Of a stretch of DNA of 64,000 nt, positions 47,031-57,285 are shown in pieces. The stretch's first letter is position 1. Each line of letters starts with the position of its first letter. Source of the stretch: a bacterium. GTDB taxonomy: Bacteria; Zhuqueibacterota; Zhuqueibacteria; Residuimicrobiales; Krinioviventaceae. Under the pieces are notes generated by a model. It had not been told where the DNA came from. It did no database searches and was given only the letters and a program-made list of their open reading frames with translations. The position numbers and the translations under genes were made by a program. The stretch spans positions 672,001 to 736,000 of the forward strand of contig CAXXFV010000016.1 in assembly GCA_963674595.2 (NCBI GenBank). Direction: 5' to 3'.

Positions 47031-48781
47031 AAATTACCAGAACTAAATATATTCAGATTTTTTTGGGGTTTGTTTGTTGTCTTGTTTTTTTAACAGGATG
47101 CCGGAAACCAGCGGCAAATGGTCCTGAATCAGCTTATATTCAATATATTTGTATTGACCCTGATAATAGTAATATTATTTATATCGCAACAACGACTTCA
47201 GGTTTGTACAAGAGTGTGGATGCCGGTGAACAGTGGGTATCCATCAATCCAAATGACAAAATGCGCAACTTGAACATTATTGAAAGAGATGCCTTTCATT
47301 CAGCACGTTTAATTGCCGGCGGACGGGAAACAGGGCTGCTGGTGTCAAATAATCTGGGACAATCCTGGGAGTCCGCAGGTTTGGATGGAATGACGATATG
47401 TGATATTGCCATTGATCCCGATGATTCCTATAAAATATTTGTTCTCGCGCCTATTGGTGTTTACAGAACAATGGATGTCCGCAAAAAAGAGTGGGAATTG
47501 GTTTTTGATCATGATGAATTTGTAAAAAATACGCTAAAAACCGAACCTAACCGTTATTCATTTATGTACACAAGGTTCCAAAAAATAGCCATCAATCCGC
47601 ATGACACACAGGACATTTGGCTCGGTGCGCGTTTTGATAACGGCTATTACCGCAGCAGGGACGGCGGTGATACGTGGACACATGAATCCATTATGGGTCT
47701 TTTCCGCCGTGTTGATCCGATATTGTTTCATCCGACCGACCCCGGCGTTGTTTATGTCGGTACGCATCATCAGGGAATGTTTGCTTCATTTAATAACGGA
47801 ATAAGCTGGGTGGCCATGAGTCGTGGATTGGAACCGGAAAAAAGAACACCATATTACGGCGCTTTTTTAATTTCAGGAATTGATATGTATGAGAAAAATC
47901 CGGATATTATGGTCACAGGCAGTGATTATTCCAACTGGAAAACGGTGGACGGTGGCAAAACATGGCAAGAGTTTGACAAATCCTTGAGCTGTGAGTTTGC
48001 ACGGACCATGGCGATTGATCCTGAAAATCCAGATATTATTTATGCCGGGACCAATGTCGGTATCTATAAAACCACAGATGGCGGCAAAACATGGGTCCCT
48101 AAAAACAATGGTTTTCCCAAACTGAAGATTGAAAAATCAATAAAGGCCGGATTTGGTTCAAAAGAGTATATTTACGCCCTCATCGGAAAAAATCGTATTT
48201 ATCGTAAAGCCTGTACCGGCGACAGCGCATGGTTGTCCTTGTCCTGGCTGCTTCGCGATGAGATTAAAGATATAGCCTATGATTCGACAAAAAGTCAACT
48301 TTTGTTAACAACAGACAAGGGAATAATAAAAAGCAATGACCAGGGTTTTCGCTGGGAACAATCTCATGTTGAATATACAGAGGTACAAAGTCCGGTTGTG
48401 CAGGCGCCGTTTGATGCCGATTTACAGAACAAAAATGTCCGAACGTTGGATGTCGAACTCCAGGGAAAAGTCTTTTTTGAAGATTCGCTTGTTGAAAAGA
48501 TGTATCAGAATCCTCCTTATATCAGCCTGCAACTGGTTTCTTTGGATTATCCCAGGGACAAAAGTGTGCCCTTGTGGACCGGTAATTTTGAACGGTATTT
48601 GAAAGGAAAAATTCAGATTCCTCTTGAAAAGATCAATAAAAAGAAAACCTATTTATTGTATGCCGAAGTTAGGGATTTTCAAAGAAACACTTTAACAGGC
48701 TATGCGAAAGTAAAGCCAAACCAGAAATCAGTCAAACTGCAATTAACCCAGGACACAATATTTTCACGATTTGAAAATTAA
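47027..48781 (+). CDS. BNR/Asp-box (VPS10/YCF48-like) beta-propeller lipoprotein
   Basis: Lipobox LTGC and about 7 S/TxD/NxGxxW repeats (SVDAGEQW, SNNLGQSW, SRDGGDTW, SFNNGISW, TVDGGKTW, TTDGGKTW, SNDQGFRW). Confidence 0.8.
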   Translation: MKITRTKYIQIFLGFVCCLVFLTGCRKPAANGPESAYIQYICIDPDNSNIIYIATTTSGLYKSVDAGEQWVSINPNDKMRNLNIIERDAFHSARLIAGGRETGLLVSNNLGQSWESAGLDGMTICDIAIDPDDSYKIFVLAPIGVYRTMDVRKKEWELVFDHDEFVKNTLKTEPNRYSFMYTRFQKIAINPHDTQDIWLGARFDNGYYRSRDGGDTWTHESIMGLFRRVDPILFHPTDPGVVYVGTHHQGMFASFNNGISWVAMSRGLEPEKRTPYYGAFLISGIDMYEKNPDIMVTGSDYSNWKTVDGGKTWQEFDKSLSCEFARTMAIDPENPDIIYAGTNVGIYKTTDGGKTWVPKNNGFPKLKIEKSIKAGFGSKEYIYALIGKNRIYRKACTGDSAWLSLSWLLRDEIKDIAYDSTKSQLLLTTDKGIIKSNDQGFRWEQSHVEYTEVQSPVVQAPFDADLQNKNVRTLDVELQGKVFFEDSLVEKMYQNPPYISLQLVSLDYPRDKSVPLWTGNFERYLKGKIQIPLEKINKKKTYLLYAEVRDFQRNTLTGYAKVKPNQKSVKLQLTQDTIFSRFEN

Positions 48782-48795
48782 TTTCAAGGAACGAT

Positions 48796-49800
48796 ATGAC
48801 TGCCAGAGAACGAGTTCTAAAAAGCCTTCAACATCAGCAGCCGGATAAAATACCCTATCAGATCAGCTTGACCCATAAAGCACGGCAATGTATAAACGAA
48901 TATTTAGGTACAACGGATTTTGAAGATTCTTTGGACAATTCTCTGGCCTGGTTTCATCCTGTGGGTCATGATACCGTGAAAGAAATCCGTCCGAACATCT
49001 GGCAGGACGAGTTTGGTGTGCAGTGGGACCGGAGCATTGATATAGATATAGGCAATGTTTGTAATCAGGTCATTACACCGGATAATTATATAGATTTTCA
49101 GTTTCCTGAAACGGACGACCCGAAGAGATTGGAAAATTTCCAATTGGTAAAATCCAAATACCCGGACAGGTTTATTCTCGCCAATATCAGTTTTAGTCTG
49201 TTTGAGCGGGCATGGACCCTGGCCGGTATGGAACAGATTCTGATGAGTATGGTCACGGATCCGAAATTTGTTCACGAGCTTTTGGACAGTATTTTAGATT
49301 TTAATTTAAAAGTACTGCATCCTGTTTGTAAACTCGACATAGACGGTGTTATGTTTGGTGACGATTGGGGCCAGCAGAACGGTTTGATCATGGGGCCGAT
49401 TCTTTGGCGGGAATTTATTAAACCCAGGATAAAAACAATGTATCAAACTGTTAAATCATATAATAAAAAAGTTTTTATCCATTCCTGCGGGCAGGTTGAG
49501 GAAATATTTCCGGATTTGATAGAGGTTGGTGTAGATGTTTTTAATCCTTTTCAGCCGGAAGTGATGAATGTGTTTGAGGTGAAAAAACGATTTGGTAATG
49601 ATCTTGCTTTTTACGGAGGCGTCAGCACTCAGCAACTTTTACCCTATGGAACCGCCTCTGAAGTGAAAGAGCAAGTGAAAATTCTGATAGACAAGGTCGG
49701 AAAAGACGGGGGCTATATAATTGCACCGGCCCACGATGTGCCTGGTGACGCCAAACCTGAAAATATTATGGCCATGCTGGAGGTGTTTAACGAACAATAG
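48796..49800 (+). CDS. Uroporphyrinogen-decarboxylase / MtaA-CmuA family protein
   Basis: MT.RERV..SL.HQ.PD..P, DEFGV.W, LFERAW.L.GME, GDDWG.Q, FIHSCG, NPFQPE, FYGGVSTQ.LLP.GT, GGYI.APAH. Confidence 0.88.
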   Translation: MTARERVLKSLQHQQPDKIPYQISLTHKARQCINEYLGTTDFEDSLDNSLAWFHPVGHDTVKEIRPNIWQDEFGVQWDRSIDIDIGNVCNQVITPDNYIDFQFPETDDPKRLENFQLVKSKYPDRFILANISFSLFERAWTLAGMEQILMSMVTDPKFVHELLDSILDFNLKVLHPVCKLDIDGVMFGDDWGQQNGLIMGPILWREFIKPRIKTMYQTVKSYNKKVFIHSCGQVEEIFPDLIEVGVDVFNPFQPEVMNVFEVKKRFGNDLAFYGGVSTQQLLPYGTASEVKEQVKILIDKVGKDGGYIIAPAHDVPGDAKPENIMAMLEVFNEQ

Positions 49801-49801
49801 G

Positions 49802-49897
49802 TGTGCGAAAATGATCATTGTTGTAATAAAAACGCACATTAAATATTACAAGAAATTAGTGTAATGCCTTAAAAAACAGTGGTGGCATGTTTTTTGT
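49802..49897 (+). promoter_or_regulatory. Putative sigma54 promoter with upstream enhancer-binding-protein sites
   Basis: TGGCATG-TTTT-TTGT at 49883-49897 has -24/-12 spacing. Tandem TGT-N10/11-(T/A)CA boxes lie at 49802-49817 and 49822-49838. Confidence 0.55.
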
Positions 49898-49949
49898 TCA
49901 TACTCTACAAGTCATGAGAACAGGATGTAATCATTTTTGGGAGTATGCC

Positions 49950-52352
49950 ATGTTTGGGATCTATCTGAAAATTGCATTACGAAATTTGGCAAAGCATAAA
50001 TTATTTTCCTTTATTAACATTATGGGCTTTGCATTAGGAATAGCAGCATGTATACTGGTCTTCTCTTTTGTGAAATATGAGCTGGGTTATGATGATTTTC
50101 AAAAAGACGGCGATCGGGTTTACAGGGTAACGTTGGAAGCAAAAAGCAGCAAGGGCTTGAGAAAATTCGTTGTCACAAGCTTTCCTTTGGCATCTGCACT
50201 GAAAGACAATTATTCTCAAATTGAAAACAGTGTTCGTATTAAATATTTCGACAATCTGCTTGTACAAAAAGGGGATAAAAAATTTTTTGAAGGGAAATTC
50301 CTTTATACAGAGTCGCAAATATTTGAAATTCTCACAATTCCGTTTATCAAGGGGAAACCTCAGCAATCTTTAGAAAATGTGAACAGTGTTGTTATTACTG
50401 AACAAATGGCTCAAAAATATTTTGGCGATAAAGAACCATTGGGGCAAATTTTAAATATTGATAACTATGACAGGACTGTTACCGGCGTTGTAAAAAATTC
50501 TCCTCATAACAGTCACATACACTATGACTGCTTTTTACCCATCTATCCCTTTCAGGAAAGAAATTCGGGCCATTGGGGCGTGCTGACCTATCATACTTAT
50601 ATTACAGTAAAAAATGATGTTGATATGGACCAATTACAGCGTTCCATTGCTCATATAGCTGATAAATACATCGGAAAAGATCTGGAAAAATATAACGAAA
50701 CACGCACCTATTATTTACAGCCGATTAAAGACATTTATTTGCATTCGGATTTTCCATTTGACGAATTTACATCGGGTAATTTTACGAACATTATTATATT
50801 CTCGTGTATCGCTCTTTTAATTTTATTAATTGCCTGTTTTAATTTTATAAATTTGTCTACAGCAAAATCACTAACAACAGAAAAACAACTGGGGATGCGA
50901 AAGGTTATTGGCGCCCAAAAATATCAGATTATTTTTCAATTCCTTGTTGAAACTGTAATTATCAGTTTGTTCTCTTTAATGTCGGCAATGATTATATCTT
51001 TTTTGTTGTTATCATCTTTTAATCATCTCGTAAACAGACCGGTTGATACGCCGTTATTTCTTAACAAAATTGATCTGGCCTTTGTTATATTATTCACGCT
51101 TGTAACAGGTGTTTTGGCTGGCTTATTTCCTGCGATAAAATTGAGCGCGACTCTTCCTATTCCGGCGCTTAAAGGTTCTCTTTCCAAAGGAAAACGTGGT
51201 ACAGGAATAAGAAGGGGGTTGGTTATCTTTCAGTTTGTCATATTTTCCGTTTTAATCGTTGCCGGCATTATTGTCTATAATCAACTGGTTTTTCTTAAAA
51301 ATCAAAATACGGGTTTCGACAAAGAACAGATTGTCGTTTTAAAAATGGTGGACCATGTTTCTTCGGGAAAATTACGCAGGGATTATCAACAAATTAAAAC
51401 CGAGTTTACAAATCATCATGCCATTCAGTCGGCAACAGTAACATCAATGGTTCCTGGTGTTCCCCAATATGCTATCGCAAAAATGCCTGTAAAAATATAT
51501 GATGACGATCAGCAACTGGAAGTCGGTATGAATCACCTTATGGCTGATTTTGATTTTATTGATACTTATAATATCTCTATTAAAGCAGGTCGTGCTTTTG
51601 ACAAGGAGATGATCACAGATTCGAAAACTGCTTATATAGTGAATGAAGCGGCTGCTAAAGCCTGTGGCTGGGCATCTGCTGAACAAGCCATTGGTAAAAA
51701 AATTCAATCTCGTAACGGTCCGGAAGGAATAATTATCGGAGTTTTAAACGATTTTAATTATCGGTCGCTGCATTATAATATTGAACCTATGGTTTTGCGG
51801 ATAAATCCGGGATGGTTTGTGTTTTTGTCGTTAAAAATTAAACTGCATGAAATTCCGGAAGCTTTGGATTTTCTGGAAAAAAAGTGGCAGCAATATTTTT
51901 CCCATGCGCCCTTTGATTATTTTTTCCTTGATACATATTTTAATAGACAATATGAAGCAGATATGAAAATCGAAAAGATTATTTTTGCCTTTACCGGACT
52001 TGCGATTTTTCTCGCTTGTTTGGGACTTTTTGGATTGTCCTATTTTAATTCTACACAGCGAACAAAGGAAATAGGCGTTCGTAAGATTTTAGGAGCATCT
52101 GTTATAAATATTGTATTTTTGTTTTTTAAAGATTATATGAGATGGATTGTGATCGCCAATCTTGTTGCGATGCCGATTACCTGTTATATCATGACAAATT
52201 GGCTGCAGAATTATGCTTATAGAATCGGTTTTAGCTGGCTGTTTTTTGCGTTTTCGTTTTTATTGTCCCTGGGTGTTGTCTTTGTAACTGTTTTTGCACA
52301 AACAGCCAGGACCGCTTTGAGTAATCCTGTTAACTCGTTAAGATATGAATAA
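49950..52352 (+). CDS. MacB/FtsX-type ABC transporter permease (duplicated)
   Basis: YLKIALRNL.K.K..SFINI.G, IACFNFINL.TA, G.RKV.GA, QRTKEIGVRKILGAS, NPV.SLRYE. ATG at 49950 after GGGAG. Confidence 0.92.
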   Translation: MFGIYLKIALRNLAKHKLFSFINIMGFALGIAACILVFSFVKYELGYDDFQKDGDRVYRVTLEAKSSKGLRKFVVTSFPLASALKDNYSQIENSVRIKYFDNLLVQKGDKKFFEGKFLYTESQIFEILTIPFIKGKPQQSLENVNSVVITEQMAQKYFGDKEPLGQILNIDNYDRTVTGVVKNSPHNSHIHYDCFLPIYPFQERNSGHWGVLTYHTYITVKNDVDMDQLQRSIAHIADKYIGKDLEKYNETRTYYLQPIKDIYLHSDFPFDEFTSGNFTNIIIFSCIALLILLIACFNFINLSTAKSLTTEKQLGMRKVIGAQKYQIIFQFLVETVIISLFSLMSAMIISFLLLSSFNHLVNRPVDTPLFLNKIDLAFVILFTLVTGVLAGLFPAIKLSATLPIPALKGSLSKGKRGTGIRRGLVIFQFVIFSVLIVAGIIVYNQLVFLKNQNTGFDKEQIVVLKMVDHVSSGKLRRDYQQIKTEFTNHHAIQSATVTSMVPGVPQYAIAKMPVKIYDDDQQLEVGMNHLMADFDFIDTYNISIKAGRAFDKEMITDSKTAYIVNEAAAKACGWASAEQAIGKKIQSRNGPEGIIIGVLNDFNYRSLHYNIEPMVLRINPGWFVFLSLKIKLHEIPEALDFLEKKWQQYFSHAPFDYFFLDTYFNRQYEADMKIEKIIFAFTGLAIFLACLGLFGLSYFNSTQRTKEIGVRKILGASVINIVFLFFKDYMRWIVIANLVAMPITCYIMTNWLQNYAYRIGFSWLFFAFSFLLSLGVVFVTVFAQTARTALSNPVNSLRYE

Positions 52353-52475
52353 AAAGGATGGTATTTTTTTCAAGTAGAAAATCCAGGATCGATGACAGAT
52401 TTTTTAAGTTAGTGCGTACGGACTTGGATTATTCGGAAGGAGGGTGCCCAGAGAGCTTTGATATAAGCTGTTTTA

Positions 52476-52505
52476 TAAAAGCCGGCGGTTTTAATAACGC
52501 CGGCT
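52476..52505 (-). terminator. Intrinsic terminator for the minus-strand GH106-YesU unit
   Basis: On the minus strand: agccggcg-ttattaaaac-cgccggct followed by ttt. Confidence 0.7.
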
Positions 52506-52530
52506 GGTGAATTAATTAATTTCCAATCGA

Positions 52531-53391
52531 TTAATTTTTTGTTATGCTTTGAGGGATGATTTTAAATACTTGTAAATTTTTAACTTGTGCTCTTACCAAG
52601 CTCCCGATAGCCCGGAATCCAAATTTGCCTGATTGAGGAATCGGTTCAGGAATTTCATTCAAATCCTCAAATCCTCCGGCGAAATTATTGTCAACCCACA
52701 TTTGCAAAATGCTTCCCAGTTTTAATATTTTAATATGATACCAAACACGCGGTTCCTTGCATAAATCAGGTTGCTGGGCCATTAGAAATATTCCCGGATT
52801 TCTGCGCCAATTGCTTACGCCTGTATGTTTCCCTGAATCATCATAACGGCTGATACTCACATGATAGCTTCTCAAATCAGGATTGCGGATGTAATCATCA
52901 AATACGCCACGCCGTTCGGGAAGCTCAGTCAGCATATCTTCTCCATGTCTGCCCTGGCCGGCAATAAAATTGATTACCAGACCATTTGTTTCCATAATAA
53001 ATAAATCATATTCTATGACAATACTATCGGGAAAGTCTGTTTTACAAAAAGCCATACATCCTTCATTTCCCTGCGATGACCCGACACAATTAATTTGAAA
53101 AATATTTGAATCCGGTTGGTTCAGAAAGCCAATGCCTTCGTGCTGCCAATTATCAAGATTCTTGAATTCATCTGTAAAAATAGTTTTTGTTTCGGTAACG
53201 TTGACAGGCCGGATATTATCATTTCCCCATATTTTTACTGAATCCGGATCTGCTATTTTGGCCTGGGCGTTTTTTTGAAAGGTTATTAATTCATCAATAG
53301 TTAACAGTTCCGCCTCTTTTTTTTCTGTACAACTCAGAAAGGCAAACGAAAGGATAATGACTAAATTAAAAAACCTGTGCCAATTTTTCAT
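52531..53391 (-). CDS. DUF1961/YesU-family lipoprotein (concanavalin-like fold)
   Basis: Lipobox FLSC, W..EG, FPD.I.IEY, GL.I.F.A, R.G.F..Y, YHVS..R, N.RRNPG, GK.GFR. Confidence 0.7.
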   Translation of the reverse strand: MKNWHRFFNLVIILSFAFLSCTEKKEAELLTIDELITFQKNAQAKIADPDSVKIWGNDNIRPVNVTETKTIFTDEFKNLDNWQHEGIGFLNQPDSNIFQINCVGSSQGNEGCMAFCKTDFPDSIVIEYDLFIMETNGLVINFIAGQGRHGEDMLTELPERRGVFDDYIRNPDLRSYHVSISRYDDSGKHTGVSNWRRNPGIFLMAQQPDLCKEPRVWYHIKILKLGSILQMWVDNNFAGGFEDLNEIPEPIPQSGKFGFRAIGSLVRAQVKNLQVFKIIPQSITKN

Positions 53392-53442
53392 TTTTTTACT
53401 CTTTTTTGTTTTGAGTGAAAAGTCCGGTTAATTACGTAGCCG

Positions 53443-56400
53443 TTATTTTACAAATAAAACAGATGCCGGAATGATCTGCCGGGAAACACCCGGTCCCTCA
53501 TAATAAACAGCCAAATCTTCTCCGCCGCCGTCCTCAAGATACCCAACTTTAATCGTATGCATCCCGGACTCGAGCTTGATGGTTCCCTGCCTGAACTGTT
53601 TTCCATGAGAACCGTTGTTATCAACGACTTGAATGCCATCAATGAATAACAGGCTGCCGTCATCCGATTCCGTATAAAATGTATACTCGCCGGATTTTTG
53701 TATATGGATATTCCCTGTAAATTCAATTGCAAAATTATTATTCCTTCGATCAATGTTTTCAAAGCTGAATTCAAACACCTTGCCTTTTTTGAGCGGCTGC
53801 AAATTTGTGAAATCCGGTACGCTTTTCCAATTCCCTTCATAATATCCATAATTCACGCCGTTTTTATCATCGACTATATTGAATGTTCTTTCGGCCAACG
53901 GACTTGTCAACCAGCCTTTTTTGTAAGCAACGGCTTTTACTGTACTGCTTTTATCCAATTTAATCGGATTTTCATAATGTATCGACGTTGGGTTTGGTGT
54001 ACTGCCATCCAGCGTATAGTAAATATCTGCATTATCCGTGTTTGTTGTTAAAGTAATTGTAACCGGTTTGTTATTAAAAATTCTCTTTTCAGGGTTTATC
54101 TCCGGTTGTACGACTTTACGATATTTTTTATAAACCCGTTGAGGAGCGCCTTCATATTCAATCAGTTTAAAATCTTGAAATAAACCATATTCAAGAGTGT
54201 CATATACATCTCCGGGAGGTTGGTGTAACGGGGCCGACTGAAATGATGCCGGCCAGGCGCTTCCCCGGACCGGACCTATATGGTGGGGTCCCAATAAATT
54301 TCGCAGCGTACCGATAACAACCACAGATATTTCATTTTTACCGTTAATAATATAATCCGTCACATCCAGTTCATTCGGCTGCCAGGCAATTATTCCGGCC
54401 TCTTTTTTATTGACGAACACTTTAACGACACTGCCTTCCCAAAATGGAACGCTTACAATGTATCGTTTGTCGCCGGGTTGAATATCAAAAGTTTTTGTAT
54501 AAGCAACGCCATCAGAATAAAAAGGCATTCCCTGTTTTTTCCATATTCCTAAATGTAATGGTTGGTGGGGGATGAGACTCCAGCCTTTTTCCTGCGAATT
54601 GAGATTAAAATCTCCCAAAATATAAATCGCTTCCAGTTCTGAAAAGACAGTCATTTTTGAAGCAATTACCGTGATAGTGTTAGTGCCTTTAACAACAAAA
54701 TCACTGATATTATAAACGCCAAAAGACCGGTCGAGCCAACTTTCGTTAGGAATTGGATCGACTATTGTGCCATTAACCGACACGTCCCACAGTTCCGGTT
54801 GTTCGACTACGGCGCGGAGGGTTGATGTTTCAACTCCCGGTTCAACAAAAAAATGATAGGCGGCTTCAAAACCGGTTTCCTCTGTAAAATGATTGCGATC
54901 AAGTATATCGGTTTTGTATTGAACGGCCCTGACCCAGGGCTGCTTGTTAAAACCGACATTTTTAAACAGTTTTTCTGCGGCATCGAAAACATAGATGTTG
55001 TTTTCTGTTGCCCCGTTCATTTTCAAATCACAATAATCAATCGTCAAAACATTGGGCTTGGTTCGTTTTACTGACACGCTGTCCAATGAAGAAACAAATT
55101 TCATCTGAGCGGTTTGTGATTTTTGAGGTATCTCTTTTGCCGAATTATTGATGGTAAAAAGTATACTCCCTTCAGGCGGCAGGTCAAAATCCACAATCAC
55201 TGAATCATTTCTCGCTTTGTACGGATATGTTTCGATTCCGCCATTAAGTAAATCAAGTTCATCAATAGATTTTCCTTTTATGACAAATGTACCCGTGGAC
55301 CATTCCTGTAAACTTGTATTAACAAGAAAAACCAATTCTCCGTCATTCAGGGTCCGCCGGTGATGAAATAATTTCCCGTGTGTTTTTTCCGGATCAATAA
55401 ATTTGATGCCGTTTAATTCTGATAATTGCTGAACCTGTTTATCTGTTAAAGAGTCGGTCTGTTTCCATTGGCCGGCATATTTTTCCTTTAAAGATTTAAT
55501 ATCCTCTTTTTTCAAACCATCGACGTATTTTAGATCGCTGTTAACGGATAATAATTTCCCGCCATTTTGCAAATATTGTTGAATCAAAGAAAAAGTGGGT
55601 GAATCAAGATTTTCCAAAGCCGGCGGGAAAATGACCAGATCATATTTTCGTTTACCGGCAACAAAACGATTCCCCTCAATTTTACCAATATCTTTAATAA
55701 TATTTTCAGAAGCTAGGTCATATTCGATTTGATGCTTTTCCAAATCAACGAGAAAGTTTTGAAAATCATCTCCCAGTTTGTATAATTTTTTGTTTGATTC
55801 TGTGGGCGAATAATACATCCACGATGTGCTTGTCGGTTCAATGACCAGGATTTTGTTTATTTGTTGACCTGAAGAGAGCGCCAGAGACAGCCGTGCAAAA
55901 TATTCTCCCAGTGTAGAATAATCATCCCACCATGGTTCATGATATGAAAAAGACTGTGGATGGTCCCTTTTTCGCGCCCCTTTAATGCTGATATAGGACA
56001 AATGCTGGTCCATAAAATTAACCCCCAAAACATATTCCCAATCGCCGATTCGTTTCATATCTTTAAACGTCAGATCCCAGCCACCGGCCCCATAGGTTTC
56101 ACTCAATGTACGGGCGCGCCCCATTTGGTTGGTAACGCTGCTCAATTCTTTTATAGCGCGAACATTACCAAATTGACCGTTCACATCTTCGCTGTATTGG
56201 TTCATTAAAAGATCAATTGCGGGCATTTGGTGCCAGGCATACATGGCCATGTTATCACCGCCATGTTTGGGATTGGGCCAGCCATGTTCCCAGTAATGGC
56301 CTGTCCATATCAGGTTTTTCTTTTCACAATACTCGTACCAGGGCTTGCTCCAATTTTCTATAAACAGTTCCAGCAGCAGTTCATAATAATTGTGCCGGAC

Positions 56401-57285
56401 ACGTTGCCAATTACCTGTTTCAGAAAACAAAGAGGGCAGGTTGACCTTTAAATCATATCCCCATCGTTGTTTAAATTTTTCAAATAAAGCCGGTGTCCAT
56501 TTTACACCTGATTCCGGATTGATATTTGGTTCATCCGTAAAAATTCCGGGAACGAGTTTACCGAACTCATCTCCGATGGTCTTTTCATAGCCGTCCATTG
56601 TAATTTCTATAAACTTGTCCGTTACGCCATCTAAAAGCAAATCTACATAGGTGCCTCCGCCAAACCGTGGTGATGTCCCAAAATCGGTTTTTTCGAATAA
56701 ATAATAGTCACCTTTTTGATTGATAAATTTTTTATACTCATGGGTAATGTTCTGGAATTTTGTGCCGTCTTTTTTTAAAATCACGAAAATTTTATCATCA
56801 ACAGTTTCAGGTAAATGATCTGCCTGATGCATTACAATACCCAGGCCTTGATTATAAGATTCCGGCATTTCAACAGGCACATGTCCGCCGGCAAATCCAC
56901 TGGGATAGGAATTTTCATCATAAAGCCAGACCTGCATGCCCATTTCTTTACATTTGTCAACCGTATATCGACACAGGGCAAACCATCTGTCCGACAAATA
57001 AGGCGTAATTAATCCCGGACGGGGATGAATAAAAACACCGCCAATACCGCCTGCTTTTAATTCAGCCAACTGGCGGTCAATTTCCTGTTCATCAACTTCG
57101 TTATTCCATACCCAAAGCGGAACGCTGTGATATTCAACAGGTGGATTTTTAAAAAGTTTTTTTACCTGTTCAGAAGAAAATATTTTTACCGTATTCATCT
57201 CTTTTGCATGACCAAATTGCAGAGTAATACAAAATAGCATTATGATTGCAATGAATAAAACTCTTTCCTTCACTTTGATCTCCAT
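53443..57285 (-). CDS. Secreted GH106 (alpha-L-rhamnosidase-like) glycoside hydrolase with chitobiase/FN3-like and PA14 domains
   Basis: F.NPP..Y...P.W.WN, GIGG.FIHPR.GL, WLYDENSYPSG.AGG, FTDEP, SETYG..GW, IYYTLDG..P, FYT.SDDGS.L.IDG (PA14). True start may be GTG 57273. Confidence 0.8.
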   Translation of the reverse strand: MEIKVKERVLFIAIIMLFCITLQFGHAKEMNTVKIFSSEQVKKLFKNPPVEYHSVPLWVWNNEVDEQEIDRQLAELKAGGIGGVFIHPRPGLITPYLSDRWFALCRYTVDKCKEMGMQVWLYDENSYPSGFAGGHVPVEMPESYNQGLGIVMHQADHLPETVDDKIFVILKKDGTKFQNITHEYKKFINQKGDYYLFEKTDFGTSPRFGGGTYVDLLLDGVTDKFIEITMDGYEKTIGDEFGKLVPGIFTDEPNINPESGVKWTPALFEKFKQRWGYDLKVNLPSLFSETGNWQRVRHNYYELLLELFIENWSKPWYEYCEKKNLIWTGHYWEHGWPNPKHGGDNMAMYAWHQMPAIDLLMNQYSEDVNGQFGNVRAIKELSSVTNQMGRARTLSETYGAGGWDLTFKDMKRIGDWEYVLGVNFMDQHLSYISIKGARKRDHPQSFSYHEPWWDDYSTLGEYFARLSLALSSGQQINKILVIEPTSTSWMYYSPTESNKKLYKLGDDFQNFLVDLEKHQIEYDLASENIIKDIGKIEGNRFVAGKRKYDLVIFPPALENLDSPTFSLIQQYLQNGGKLLSVNSDLKYVDGLKKEDIKSLKEKYAGQWKQTDSLTDKQVQQLSELNGIKFIDPEKTHGKLFHHRRTLNDGELVFLVNTSLQEWSTGTFVIKGKSIDELDLLNGGIETYPYKARNDSVIVDFDLPPEGSILFTINNSAKEIPQKSQTAQMKFVSSLDSVSVKRTKPNVLTIDYCDLKMNGATENNIYVFDAAEKLFKNVGFNKQPWVRAVQYKTDILDRNHFTEETGFEAAYHFFVEPGVETSTLRAVVEQPELWDVSVNGTIVDPIPNESWLDRSFGVYNISDFVVKGTNTITVIASKMTVFSELEAIYILGDFNLNSQEKGWSLIPHQPLHLGIWKKQGMPFYSDGVAYTKTFDIQPGDKRYIVSVPFWEGSVVKVFVNKKEAGIIAWQPNELDVTDYIINGKNEISVVVIGTLRNLLGPHHIGPVRGSAWPASFQSAPLHQPPGDVYDTLEYGLFQDFKLIEYEGAPQRVYKKYRKVVQPEINPEKRIFNNKPVTITLTTNTDNADIYYTLDGSTPNPTSIHYENPIKLDKSSTVKAVAYKKGWLTSPLAERTFNIVDDKNGVNYGYYEGNWKSVPDFTNLQPLKKGKVFEFSFENIDRRNNNFAIEFTGNIHIQKSGEYTFYTESDDGSLLFIDGIQVVDNNGSHGKQFRQGTIKLESGMHTIKVGYLEDGGGEDLAVYYEGPGVSRQIIPASVLFVK

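Noticed and set aside
48796-49800. Calling either UroD-family gene hemE
   Set aside because: Neither has the HemE RQAGR motif, and both resemble the MtaA/CmuA-like branch.
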